Positions 31,378 to 40,707 of a stretch of 64,000 nt of DNA are shown in pieces. Below the pieces are notes generated by a model. It had not been told where the DNA came from, did no database searches, and worked only from the letters and a program-made list of their open reading frames with translations. The position numbers were made by a program, and so were the translations under genes. The number at the start of each line of letters is the position of its first letter. Position 1 is the first letter of the stretch. The DNA is taken from NCBI GenBank assembly GCA_000002435.2, contig CM018793.1; one strand, written 5' to 3'. The DNA is from Giardia intestinalis (taxonomy: Eukaryota).

Positions 31378-32106
31378 ATGATACCTGTTAGCCTGGGAGA
31401 ACCTCAGGAAAACGTGCCAACCACAGAGGGGGCACAGCTTCACAACGATCCCGGGGACATAACTAGCATGCCTATCGATTATGTTATGCATGCCCTCGCC
31501 ACATACAAAAGTAACAGTCACCTCAAAGATTTAACACCGACACTCTCTCCTCCAGCATCTGTAGTGTTTCCCCGAACGTCTCAACCCCAAGTGCGATTGG
31601 AGGTTCCGCCAATATTAACGTCAACCTCATCTTCGGCCTCTGTCCCCTGTTCTTCTTCTACGACTCCATCCCTAGTGTATCTACAAGATCAGCCCATTTC
31701 TGTCTATACCGTCCCCATGTCTAGTAACGGCGACGTCCAGTATTTGGTTCTTTCTACCACTGCTCCGAGGCATCCTAGGCTGCCCTGCCAGGGAATTTCG
31801 CTCATTCAAACCCCAAGATATATTCCTGTCAAGATTGATTCCCGACAGGCGCAGCTACGCCCGTTCCCGGATCCACAGAAGCAAGTGCATTCGTTCGGGA
31901 TATCGATGCCCTATAAGACCACTCGTCTCAAATGGAGCGCAGAGATGAGCAGAGACTTAGAGAATGTGTACGATAATCTCTTGGCTGCACACGTGCGCCC
32001 AACTCAGCGAGTTGTCCACGAGATTATGAGGGAGAAGTATCCATTCATGACTGAGCTTCATGTTCAATCCAAGCTCCAAAAGCTCAGACAGATAAAAAAG
32101 CAGTGA
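31378..32106 (+). CDS. S/P-rich hypothetical protein with possible C-terminal SANT/Myb-like helix bundle
   Basis: 242-aa ORF. The C-terminus LKWSAEMSRDLENVYDNLLAAHVRPTQRVVHEIMREKYPFMTELHVQSKLQKLRQ is weakly Myb/SANT-like. Confidence 0.4.
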   Translation: MIPVSLGEPQENVPTTEGAQLHNDPGDITSMPIDYVMHALATYKSNSHLKDLTPTLSPPASVVFPRTSQPQVRLEVPPILTSTSSSASVPCSSSTTPSLVYLQDQPISVYTVPMSSNGDVQYLVLSTTAPRHPRLPCQGISLIQTPRYIPVKIDSRQAQLRPFPDPQKQVHSFGISMPYKTTRLKWSAEMSRDLENVYDNLLAAHVRPTQRVVHEIMREKYPFMTELHVQSKLQKLRQIKKQ

Positions 32107-32640
32107 TAGCTCTCGAAGAGGACCCTCGCGACTCATCCTACCTCACTTTGCTCCGTTTGAAGCGTTAGATATTTCAGATCGCTAATTTGAGGGATGCCCC
32201 TGCTAGTGTCGGTATTCTGTTACTAGCGTAAACGATTTGCTTTTTTCTGTGCGCTGGCCTGTTGACTTGGGTAATGGAGCTTGTTGAAGGTATCATTTCT
32301 AATTACTGACTACAGAATTAGAGGCATTTTGTACAGAGTTAATGTTGATCTATAAGTTTGCATGGGAGTGTTCCAGGGCGATTGACCCAAGAATTTGTTG
32401 GCTGTGACTATTGCTGCAGCCAGTTCACTTGCTGTGCCTTCGCTCCCCTCCTTGAGGCAGGCAAAAAGACGAGCTTCTGTTCCCCTTGGCCTGAAAAATA
32501 AGTGTGCGTTTGTTTCGATCATGGCTGTAGCCTGTAGCACCAGTGCTTTACCCAGTTACTGTTCAAAAGCACTCATTTGATCATCGAATTTACACCTCAA
32601 AAACTTTTAAAAAGGCCGTGCAACCTTCATATTAGGCCAG

Positions 32641-33975
32641 ATGATAACAAGTGAGGAGTCGCCTCCCAAGGCAGCTGTTCACGAAGTAGATGGAATCTGC
32701 TCACCAGGGTTGCACGTCTTGGGCTCTAAGGAAGCCGTGACTCAACCGAATGGCGCACTGCTTTCCCCCAAAGTACCCCCACTACTTCACGAGCCATCCC
32801 ATCAACCTTTGAGCACCACGCTTGCAGACTCATCGCCTCTAAAAATAAACAAACTGAGTGCTGCACCGACGGTAACCGGGACAGAACCAACACGTCTAGA
32901 CTCTAAAAATCTTCACACGCAAAGTAATTTAACCACATGCATGCTTCAGTTGCTGAAGGACGACAGCAGTTCACCAGATAATCACGGACTCAAGTACATG
33001 CTCTGCCAGGGAAGCGAGCCAAACACACACATGGCGAACAGTGAGATATTGATATCTGATACTCTCCCCTCCTGTATTTCACCATCTATGCTTGGTCTGG
33101 GGATTACTGCAGGTCTGAGTCTCCCCCTGCTCGCTGATAGGGATAGTCTACCGACCTCTTCCTTGAGCATGCATCACTGTCAATCTCAGCCGCAGAACAT
33201 AAACTCTACTAATCTATACCCTCAACTCCCAGGATCTCACACTCTAACTCTTTTCTACGATTTATCTAACATAGCTTCTAATTCTAACGATTTATTATAT
33301 TCAAATGGAAAGCGAGCAGGAGCAGATCACTGTTCTCCATTCGTCGCTTTCACGGACATTATGCACAACACGAGTCAGGTATCATTGCTTCCGCAAACTT
33401 CCCAAGTTGCTGACTGGCAAAGTCTGAAAGATCAGGGCGTCTTCAATTCAGCTATTGCACCTCTCCCGCCCATCACCCCATCTCCTCCAAACACTGCCCT
33501 TCCAGAGTATTCTGAGAGATTTACCGCCGGCTCGATTAGTTCAGCTGCTGGGATAAAAAAGTGGAATACTGATGATGAGCTAACCTTCTTCCGCCTTATA
33601 TTGTGCTACAATGGCACAAAGTATACTAAATTTGCTAAGAATTTCCCGAACAAGCCGATAAAAAGCTTAAATAATAAATGGCAGATTGAGAAGAAGAGGG
33701 CGCAGAAAAATATGTATTTGGATTGGAAGACTGTGATAGTCTCTATGCTATGCAGGTACCTCAACCTTCTAGAGCAATCTCGAGGGAAAAACATTCTGAG
33801 GATTCGAAGCGCACTCACTACGGTTCTGAGCAGTATCGATACCACGGCCTTTTGTTCTTTTGATAAGAGCAATCACGCGCAGTACTCACGAATTCTCTTT
33901 AAAAGCATCTGCGAGATGCTTGGAGACGAGCAACTTAAGTTTCTCGATATTGACCTTGCAACCCCTTCTGTCTAA
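32641..33975 (+). CDS. S/P-rich protein with Myb/SANT-like domain
   Basis: 444-aa ORF. IKKWNTDDELTFFRLILCYNGTKYTKFAKNFPNKPIKSLNNKWQIEKKRAQK fits W-x(18-20)-W-x(n)-W SANT spacing. Confidence 0.5.
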   Translation: MITSEESPPKAAVHEVDGICSPGLHVLGSKEAVTQPNGALLSPKVPPLLHEPSHQPLSTTLADSSPLKINKLSAAPTVTGTEPTRLDSKNLHTQSNLTTCMLQLLKDDSSSPDNHGLKYMLCQGSEPNTHMANSEILISDTLPSCISPSMLGLGITAGLSLPLLADRDSLPTSSLSMHHCQSQPQNINSTNLYPQLPGSHTLTLFYDLSNIASNSNDLLYSNGKRAGADHCSPFVAFTDIMHNTSQVSLLPQTSQVADWQSLKDQGVFNSAIAPLPPITPSPPNTALPEYSERFTAGSISSAAGIKKWNTDDELTFFRLILCYNGTKYTKFAKNFPNKPIKSLNNKWQIEKKRAQKNMYLDWKTVIVSMLCRYLNLLEQSRGKNILRIRSALTTVLSSIDTTAFCSFDKSNHAQYSRILFKSICEMLGDEQLKFLDIDLATPSV

Positions 33976-34034
33976 CTGTTGTGCTTATGAAATCACGTAA
34001 ATCACTTCTCTTTGGTTCGCCTTCCATTTGTAGG

Positions 34035-34994
34035 CTATTCTCTGGAGTGTTTGATCCACTGTGAAAGGTGGTACTTAGCATAGAGGAATGCCTTCTTAAA
34101 TGTCAAGTTTAGTGAAAACGAACTTTCGGCGCAGGCAGCGAAACGATCGTATGTAAACGATCTTGCGTCTTGATTGAGGCTATCAGTTGAGACACCTTGA
34201 TCTGCGGAGCTGCTCACAGCTTGCTCTATGTTGGCCTGGCTAGCTCTAGACCCCGCTCTGCTATGCGGGAACAGCTCTAATTTATTCCTCAATACTGCCT
34301 GCTTACTCGTGCTTCTCCCCTTGACACTACTAGTTTGTGACAGGGTGCATTCAAGATTAACAGTGTCACTATGGACATCATCATTTTCTATGTAGTTAGG
34401 CACATGCTCATCTGGACAGTCATAGCTGGATTTGGGTGCAGATACAGAGGTGTAAGGCTTGTTAGCTGCATTGGTCTTGCGTGGAAGACAGTAATCATTC
34501 TCCATCTCTTTTTCATATCTTTCCTTAGCTAAATAGATAAGGGCGCGGGTCTCTCCTCTTTGCAACGGTCGAGCGTTTGCAGATATTTCAACAAAAAGCC
34601 TCTTCACAGACTCTGTCATGCGCGTGGCACGATAGCTCACCGTGCTTATCTCTTCTTGAATGTCTTCACACCACAGCGACTCGCCTCCATAGTACTCCTC
34701 TTTGCCATTCAATACCGCTGCGTTAGCCTTCGGTCGAGATTGGGAGGCCTTTTGCTGTCGCTTGTGGCCTACCGTATTACAAACCTTGTGGCTGCTACCA
34801 CTACGCTGCTGACTCCGTTGTGTACATGTGCCTGCTGAGGATCCTCGCCTCTGAGATTGTAGAGTTTGAGGTGTGACTGATATTACAAGATTGGAGTCAG
34901 GAGCCATCCTCATCCGCCACAGCTCTCTAGCGCGGTCTGCTGTGCTGAGGACGGAGGGAGCGGCCTGTGTGGCCGAGGCCCGGCTTCGTTCCAT
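34035..34994 (-). CDS. hypothetical protein (S/Q/R-rich)
   Basis: 319-aa ORF with no recognizable domain. Confidence 0.4.
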   Translation of the reverse strand: MERSRASATQAAPSVLSTADRARELWRMRMAPDSNLVISVTPQTLQSQRRGSSAGTCTQRSQQRSGSSHKVCNTVGHKRQQKASQSRPKANAAVLNGKEEYYGGESLWCEDIQEEISTVSYRATRMTESVKRLFVEISANARPLQRGETRALIYLAKERYEKEMENDYCLPRKTNAANKPYTSVSAPKSSYDCPDEHVPNYIENDDVHSDTVNLECTLSQTSSVKGRSTSKQAVLRNKLELFPHSRAGSRASQANIEQAVSSSADQGVSTDSLNQDARSFTYDRFAACAESSFSLNLTFKKAFLYAKYHLSQWIKHSRE

Positions 34995-35006
34995 CGCTAC
35001 AGATCA

Positions 35007-35354
35007 ATGCCGCGTAAAAATTTAATGTTGAAAGTATCACTGTATCCCAGATTTATTGCTCAGTATGGAGAAGACCGCCTGTCTACGCTCTTGGCTGAAG
35101 CTAAAGAAGAGCTCGATAAGCTGGATTTAAAGTGCGGGCTGCCCAGGGACTATAAACATACCCCCATTATTAACAGATTTAGCAAAGACGAAATAGTAGC
35201 AGAGTCGATGCTTAAATCTTATCTCTGCACCGTTTCGAGCCTTCCAGAAGATGCTATTGAAAGGCTCAAGCATCAGCTTCTCCCTGGTAACAGCGATGAC
35301 AACGATGTCAAAGACACTGAGCCTTTCAAGGAGCCTTATCTCAAGCAGAAGTAA
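35007..35354 (+). CDS. small hypothetical protein
   Basis: 115-aa ORF, charged and protein-like, filling the gap between two minus-strand genes. Confidence 0.35.
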   Translation: MPRKNLMLKVSLYPRFIAQYGEDRLSTLLAEAKEELDKLDLKCGLPRDYKHTPIINRFSKDEIVAESMLKSYLCTVSSLPEDAIERLKHQLLPGNSDDNDVKDTEPFKEPYLKQK

Positions 35355-35370
35355 ATTTATTGGAAGGGAA

Positions 35371-36696
35371 TTAGGAAGGCATAAGGTAATCTGCCGATGG
35401 CCACCAGAACTGGAGGCTATTGTCCTCGGCAGCGCTTCCAATTAAGTTGGGTATGAGTGGATGCCAAGCTACAGCAGTGATGAAGGTGGTGTGACCACCA
35501 TGAATGAAAAGGACTTCTGGGGGTAAGTCAGGATATTGATCGTCTAGCACATTGCGGCGTGTCTGCTGCGCAAGGTCCCAGAGGACAACGCGACTATCTT
35601 CAGAGCCAGAAAGGATATAGCTAGGATAGAAGGGGGACCAGTCCAGCTGGTACACGGCGCCTGTATGATAACTCATTGATTTAAGAGGCCCACTCTCTAG
35701 GGAGCATAGATTAAAAAGGTGAAGCGTCCCACTACTATCTGCAATGATTGCACTGAACTCGTCGTGTGGAGACAGGGCAATTGCCGTCGGAATTAGAGGT
35801 GGTTCTGTATCTTTCCGCTTGAGTAAGATGTTAAATTGGTAAGATTTTAAGACTTTGCTGACCCTAGTATCTATCAGAACTATTTCGCCACCATCTGTAA
35901 CAACTATAATTAAGACTGGACAGTGATTGTGGATAGCAAGACCATTAATATCTGATTGCAGTTTGATCTTTCCAAGAAGCTTACATGCACTACAATCCCA
36001 CCAACACACGTTTCCATTACGGTCAGCTCCTGCCAGGAAGAATGGGCAGGTAGTGCTAAACTTTAAAGAGAATCCTTCTGTCTCTAAACCCTCCAGCATG
36101 GCTACCGGTGTACTATCCTCTGGCTCATTACTGCACCGCTTCAGATTAACAAGATCATAGAGATAGACAGAGTCGTTTGAAAGAGCTGCTATGAGGTTCT
36201 TGTCGTGGGGACAGCATGCAATAGCGTTGGCTTCGGATGGAAAGGTTATCCAGTGGAGATCGTGAAAAGACCCCAGCTTGTCTACGGGAGACGATCCGTA
36301 CCCACCAACGATGACCCCGGTGTCCCGCTTGATTATGGAGTCACTATCTATGGTTTGATTGGCACATGGCAGTGCAAGCTCCTTGACATACAGGTAGTTT
36401 TGCTCTCGGTCGCTTCCAGTGGTGGGAGTGTTAGTTCCGATAATGAAGCCAATGCTTGCGTAAGAGTTACTGGAAGGATTGTTGGTCGCGCCTGTATTCT
36501 TCTTCTTTTCAGTAGTACTAAGAGAACGTGTGATAAACGTTTCAGACACATATGGCTGAAACCCCAAGGTAAGGGTGGGGAAAACAAGGATATGAGATAT
36601 GCAGAGATCATAAAGGATTATGCAATTACGCTTCCAGATCCTGTAAGTATCATAGCTAACCTCTTCCTGTTGCACTCCTTGGCTCACGGCATCCAT
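35371..36696 (-). CDS. histone-binding WD40 protein RbAp48/RBBP4 (CAF-1 subunit C / MSI1 family)
   Basis: N-terminal [26 protein letters not shown] matches [26 protein letters not shown]. C-terminal [42 protein letters not shown] matches [42 protein letters not shown]. WD repeats throughout. Confidence 0.9.
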   Translation of the reverse strand: [441 protein letters not shown]

Positions 36697-36747
36697 CGTG
36701 CGGATCTAAAAATCCTGTGTGCCAATTTTTTAAACTCCAGAAAAGCA

Positions 36748-37341
36748 ATGGGAATAAGCGCGTCTTGCAACCTTGACGATGGTGTGCTCAAACAAAGCCT
36801 CCCAAGAACACCTGTAATTGCTGATCCTGACGATCCCAATGCGTCGTTAAGCATACCAAACTTTGCTGAAGACGAAAGTACCGGGGAGCCAAATGAGAAC
36901 CGGTCTTCAGTATGGGCCACGGTACATTCAAAACTTCCCAAGTCGGGAACTCGGTTTTCGGATCTAAAGCCTGTAAACTCAGGTCTTGCTAAAATGGCCA
37001 GCTCTTTGAGTGCAGAAGAACGACAAGACCTAGAGGACCTTCAGAGGGGTGTAATGATGGAGGATATGGACTATTCTATCCCAAATAGCAATGCAGCAAA
37101 AGCGAATACTAGTCAGCCGGTAGACTCAATTCCAGAGCCAACCCCAGGATTGGTTTCGCCCCCCTCTTTAGTCGGAAGCTCTCCTACAAGGACTAAAGCC
37201 AGTAACATCACAGCTCTTGACTCACATCAGATAGCTGTCTGTTTGTCCAAGAATTTGTCTAGTGCTAGCCGTAAGTCAAGCCTCAGCTCTGATGATCTAA
37301 ATGACTTCAATGCAGCTCGTTTTCGCGAAGCAAACCTTTGA
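36748..37341 (+). CDS. S-rich hypothetical protein
   Basis: Track ORF 36205..37341 overlaps RbAp48 in antisense for 490 bp. The first ATG clear of that gene is at 36748 (197 aa). Confidence 0.35.
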   Translation: MGISASCNLDDGVLKQSLPRTPVIADPDDPNASLSIPNFAEDESTGEPNENRSSVWATVHSKLPKSGTRFSDLKPVNSGLAKMASSLSAEERQDLEDLQRGVMMEDMDYSIPNSNAAKANTSQPVDSIPEPTPGLVSPPSLVGSSPTRTKASNITALDSHQIAVCLSKNLSSASRKSSLSSDDLNDFNAARFREANL

Positions 37342-37368
37342 GAACGCGGCCATTATATGCTATCATAT

Positions 37369-39843
37369 TTAACTGAAGCGTCTATATCTTAACAGAAAAT
37401 AGCTGATTACAAAACAAACCAATGTCCACCCCGTTAGGAAGCCATATGCTAGGAATAATGCACCAACGAGAGAATAGTCTCCTAATCCATAATAAGCTAT
37501 CGCATCTTTATCTGTCTGAACAGGACACGAAGCTTCTGGAACCCCGTCGTCACATGTAAAAGACAGCCCAATAATTTCATTATAAAAGAACCCCTTGAAC
37601 GCATATGCAAAGTACGAAACCCAAGGTGCCCAGATATAGTATACAGGAATGGTCTTTGTGTTTATGTAGGGTCCTGCAAAGACGATAATGACTGAGATAA
37701 CCACCATAAGGATGATCTGCGCGACTCTATAACTGCCAAACATGGTTATGAATATATGGGAAAAGCTAACGCTGGCGATAAGTGTCATGAAGCAGAGCCC
37801 CATGAAGTAGAACCATCTCCCGATGTTTGTTGTGTTGAAGCCGATCATGAAGTATGTTATGGCCCCATATACGAGTACTAGAATAATGTATATGGGTATG
37901 TCTGTGAGGATCATTGCCACATAAAATGGCAGTGTGGCATATGTACCGCTTGCATGCTCTCTGTGATACGTTTGACGACACTGAAAGACCCTTAGTGCAG
38001 ACTCACTGGCTGGTGCGAAGGCCATACATGTCTGTACAAAGAACAGAGCGCCAACGCGGTTATTCAGCTCACTCATTGTGGTACCGAGTCGCCAGAATAG
38101 GCTTCCTGCAAATAGTGCGAAGAAGACATACTGAAAGACAAATGCGAGGAGCCTCGATGGCTCTCGTATGCAAAATCGAAGAAAGCGCAGATATATTGTG
38201 ATGAATTGAAAGTAGTATGGTTGAGCATATTTGGTTCTATAGTCTAAGATCTCAAACAGGCTGTCAGAAAAGAGTGTAAGTGGGCTGGTCACGCCTCCCT
38301 CTCGTCTCTTCATATATGCCTCCAGGCGTGTCTGCTTCAACACTTTAGTGAAGTATTGCTGAACTTCAACGCTGCCTTCGATAGGTCCCACTTTTAAGTT
38401 GGGAAAAGAGCGAACCCTAGCAGGATTTTGCATATGGCCTTCCTTCTTTATAGAACTAGCGTCATCGGTGAACATCTCCTGCTTCCAGATGCTCTCAGTC
38501 ATCTCTAGGCTTTCAGTGCGGGTACTGGCAATGGTTGTTCCTGTGATCATAACTTCGCTTCCGCTGATTGACAAGGTTCTGGTGCCAAAATCGTGTCTTA
38601 TTGAAGAGCCGGGGGACTGCCTACTGGATGGTGTCCTGCATCCACTGCCTATCTTTAAGGAGTCTTCGGAGATGAGAATGCCTTCTGTAACATCAGCGCG
38701 CATGTTATGCACACTCACAGTGTTCAATGCTGGTACACCGGTCAACGCAGTACCAGCCCTTTCTTTTGCACTATTGTTAGCCTGCTCAATGATGAAGTTG
38801 GTTATGTTTTGATCTACATCGAACGTTTGCGAAATGGCACGGATTAGGTCTAACCTGTCCTCGTAGCAATGTGGAAACTTATTCTCATCTTTGCTAACAA
38901 CCTCAATAAGATAGTCTGCTGGATTGTAACTGGGTGGAACCTGATAACCTATGGAATGCATCGCTGTCCAGAAGTGCTCTGGTCGTCCGTAAAATATTGT
39001 ACGCCCTGCTGCTAGTACAAGGATTTTATCGAACAGATTCCACATGAAGGAGCTTGGTTGATGGAGGGTGGCCATCACCGTAATGTTGTCCCCCCTCTTG
39101 CTGGGGTCCTTGTCTGTATTACTCTCTAGAAACCGTGATACATCCTTGCTATATCTACTGTCAGCAATTTTTCGCAAAGTTGAGACAACGGTTGTGGCAG
39201 TGGATGTGTCAAGGCCACTTGTGCACTCATCAAGCAGTAGAAGGCGTGGGGAGCTGATTATTTCATTTGCTATGCTCACTCGTCTGCGCTCGCCTCCAGA
39301 CAGACCAGTTTTAACATTTGATGCATCAAACCCTTGACCTGCAGCGGCGCCCATAAGCTGATCTGCAACATGAGAGAGGTTCAGGCTGTTAATGATGGAG
39401 TCTATAATGCTCTTTTTCATTTGACTGTCCCCTTTAAGCTTAAGGTTAGCTGTAAACTGAAGCGTCTCTCGTGCAGTGTCTGTGGCGTAAAGCGTGTCTT
39501 CCTGCTGAACATAGCCAAGATATGGTTTTATCCATGGGCCAAGCTGCTTGCCCTTAAGCTTCACTTCTCCACAATACGTCTCAGTGATAACTCTGTTTGC
39601 AAGTATGTTAATTAGACTAGTTTTTCCAGAGCCCGAGGGACCTATGATGGCGACAAACTCTCCAGGATAGATCTTAAAGTTAATATCGCGCAGAATCCGC
39701 TTATAGCCAGGCATCTGATCCCAGTCCCTTGGCTTGCGCAGGAGCCGATGATGCAAGTATGCATGGAATTTAGCCTTTATAGTTATTGGGACGTCGTAGT
39801 AAAGATGCGAGACAGATAGTGTAGGTTGCATTTTGTTTTTCAT
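37369..39843 (-). CDS. ABC transporter, ABCG (White) half-transporter, NBD-TMD order
   Basis: Walker A GPSGSGKTS, signature LSGGERRRVSIA, Walker B LLLLDECTSGLD, six C-terminal TM helices. The first 41 track residues (MSNISCHCVVFGAS...) look non-coding, so the start is taken at the ATG at 39843 (MKNKMQPTLSV...). Confidence 0.82.
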   Translation of the reverse strand: MKNKMQPTLSVSHLYYDVPITIKAKFHAYLHHRLLRKPRDWDQMPGYKRILRDINFKIYPGEFVAIIGPSGSGKTSLINILANRVITETYCGEVKLKGKQLGPWIKPYLGYVQQEDTLYATDTARETLQFTANLKLKGDSQMKKSIIDSIINSLNLSHVADQLMGAAAGQGFDASNVKTGLSGGERRRVSIANEIISSPRLLLLDECTSGLDTSTATTVVSTLRKIADSRYSKDVSRFLESNTDKDPSKRGDNITVMATLHQPSSFMWNLFDKILVLAAGRTIFYGRPEHFWTAMHSIGYQVPPSYNPADYLIEVVSKDENKFPHCYEDRLDLIRAISQTFDVDQNITNFIIEQANNSAKERAGTALTGVPALNTVSVHNMRADVTEGILISEDSLKIGSGCRTPSSRQSPGSSIRHDFGTRTLSISGSEVMITGTTIASTRTESLEMTESIWKQEMFTDDASSIKKEGHMQNPARVRSFPNLKVGPIEGSVEVQQYFTKVLKQTRLEAYMKRREGGVTSPLTLFSDSLFEILDYRTKYAQPYYFQFITIYLRFLRFCIREPSRLLAFVFQYVFFALFAGSLFWRLGTTMSELNNRVGALFFVQTCMAFAPASESALRVFQCRQTYHREHASGTYATLPFYVAMILTDIPIYIILVLVYGAITYFMIGFNTTNIGRWFYFMGLCFMTLIASVSFSHIFITMFGSYRVAQIILMVVISVIIVFAGPYINTKTIPVYYIWAPWVSYFAYAFKGFFYNEIIGLSFTCDDGVPEASCPVQTDKDAIAYYGLGDYSLVGALFLAYGFLTGWTLVCFVISYFLLRYRRFS

Positions 39844-39904
39844 AGGGTGAACTTGGCGAAGGTTAGGTTGTACTTTTGGGTCGCATTCGCACAGCTCGTA
39901 AAAA

Positions 39905-40618
39905 ATGCAATGGAGAGGTCGTGCAGATGCCCCAAATACTACGCAGTGGCAAGATATATTTGACAAGAAGGCCTACGGAAAGACTGCACTGGAGGTCTAC
40001 GAAGAAGTCAACACTTTACAATTACAGGCGGAGGAATATGCGCGACACCAAGCAATACGAAAGGAAGCTGTAGAGCACTTTGTAGCGAATCCGTCATCGT
40101 CTGACAGCCTAGACTTGTCGGAGGAGGATAGAGCCTTCATGGAGGATTACAAGGCAAGGTTGGTAAGCAAACTAACGGCAGCTCAAAATGAATGCCTGGA
40201 GCAATTCACTGGGTTCAGGGAAATCACTGCAGAGGAATACACGTCGTGGATTGCTGATGGAGCCAGTATCGTGCTGCTCCACAATGACTCTACTCGCGCC
40301 AGTGTGCGGACTCTCGAGATGCTGCGAAGACTTTCAGAGCGGTACATATGCCTGCGCACGGCATGGATCAAGGCGACCGATGCTTGTAAGGGGTACCCGA
40401 AAGAGCTGTGTCCGACAATAGTCGTCTACTTAGATGGAAAACCTGTGCATAATTTCGTTGGTCAGGAGGCATGTGGCGGGTCAAACACTACAATGGAGTA
40501 TCTGGAAACCTTAATAGGCGCCTACCTTCCTCTTCGCAACTATACGTCCAGGCCAGCGTGTGATGTAGAAGACGAGACAAAAGAGGTGGTAGTTGCAAAA
40601 TTAAGAATAGGCAAATAG
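39905..40618 (+). CDS. phosducin-like / thioredoxin-fold protein (PhLP3/TXNDC9-like)
   Basis: 237-aa ORF. IVLLHNDSTRASVRTLEMLRRLSERYICLRTAWIKATDACKGYPKELCPTIVVYLDGKPVHNFVG matches the phosducin-like thioredoxin fold. Divergent from the ABCG gene with a ~60-bp spacer. Confidence 0.7.
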   Translation: MQWRGRADAPNTTQWQDIFDKKAYGKTALEVYEEVNTLQLQAEEYARHQAIRKEAVEHFVANPSSSDSLDLSEEDRAFMEDYKARLVSKLTAAQNECLEQFTGFREITAEEYTSWIADGASIVLLHNDSTRASVRTLEMLRRLSERYICLRTAWIKATDACKGYPKELCPTIVVYLDGKPVHNFVGQEACGGSNTTMEYLETLIGAYLPLRNYTSRPACDVEDETKEVVVAKLRIGK

Positions 40619-40707
40619 GAAATACTCGATAACCAGGTTCAGGGTTACATTCCCAGAGTTACGTTCAGCCGGCGCTCCACCCATTTTATATATCCATAAA
40701 ATCGCAG

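Noticed and set aside
36205-36747. N-terminal 181 aa of track ORF 36205..37341
   Set aside because: Lies antisense within the RbAp48 WD40 gene. The independent gene most plausibly starts at the ATG at 36748.
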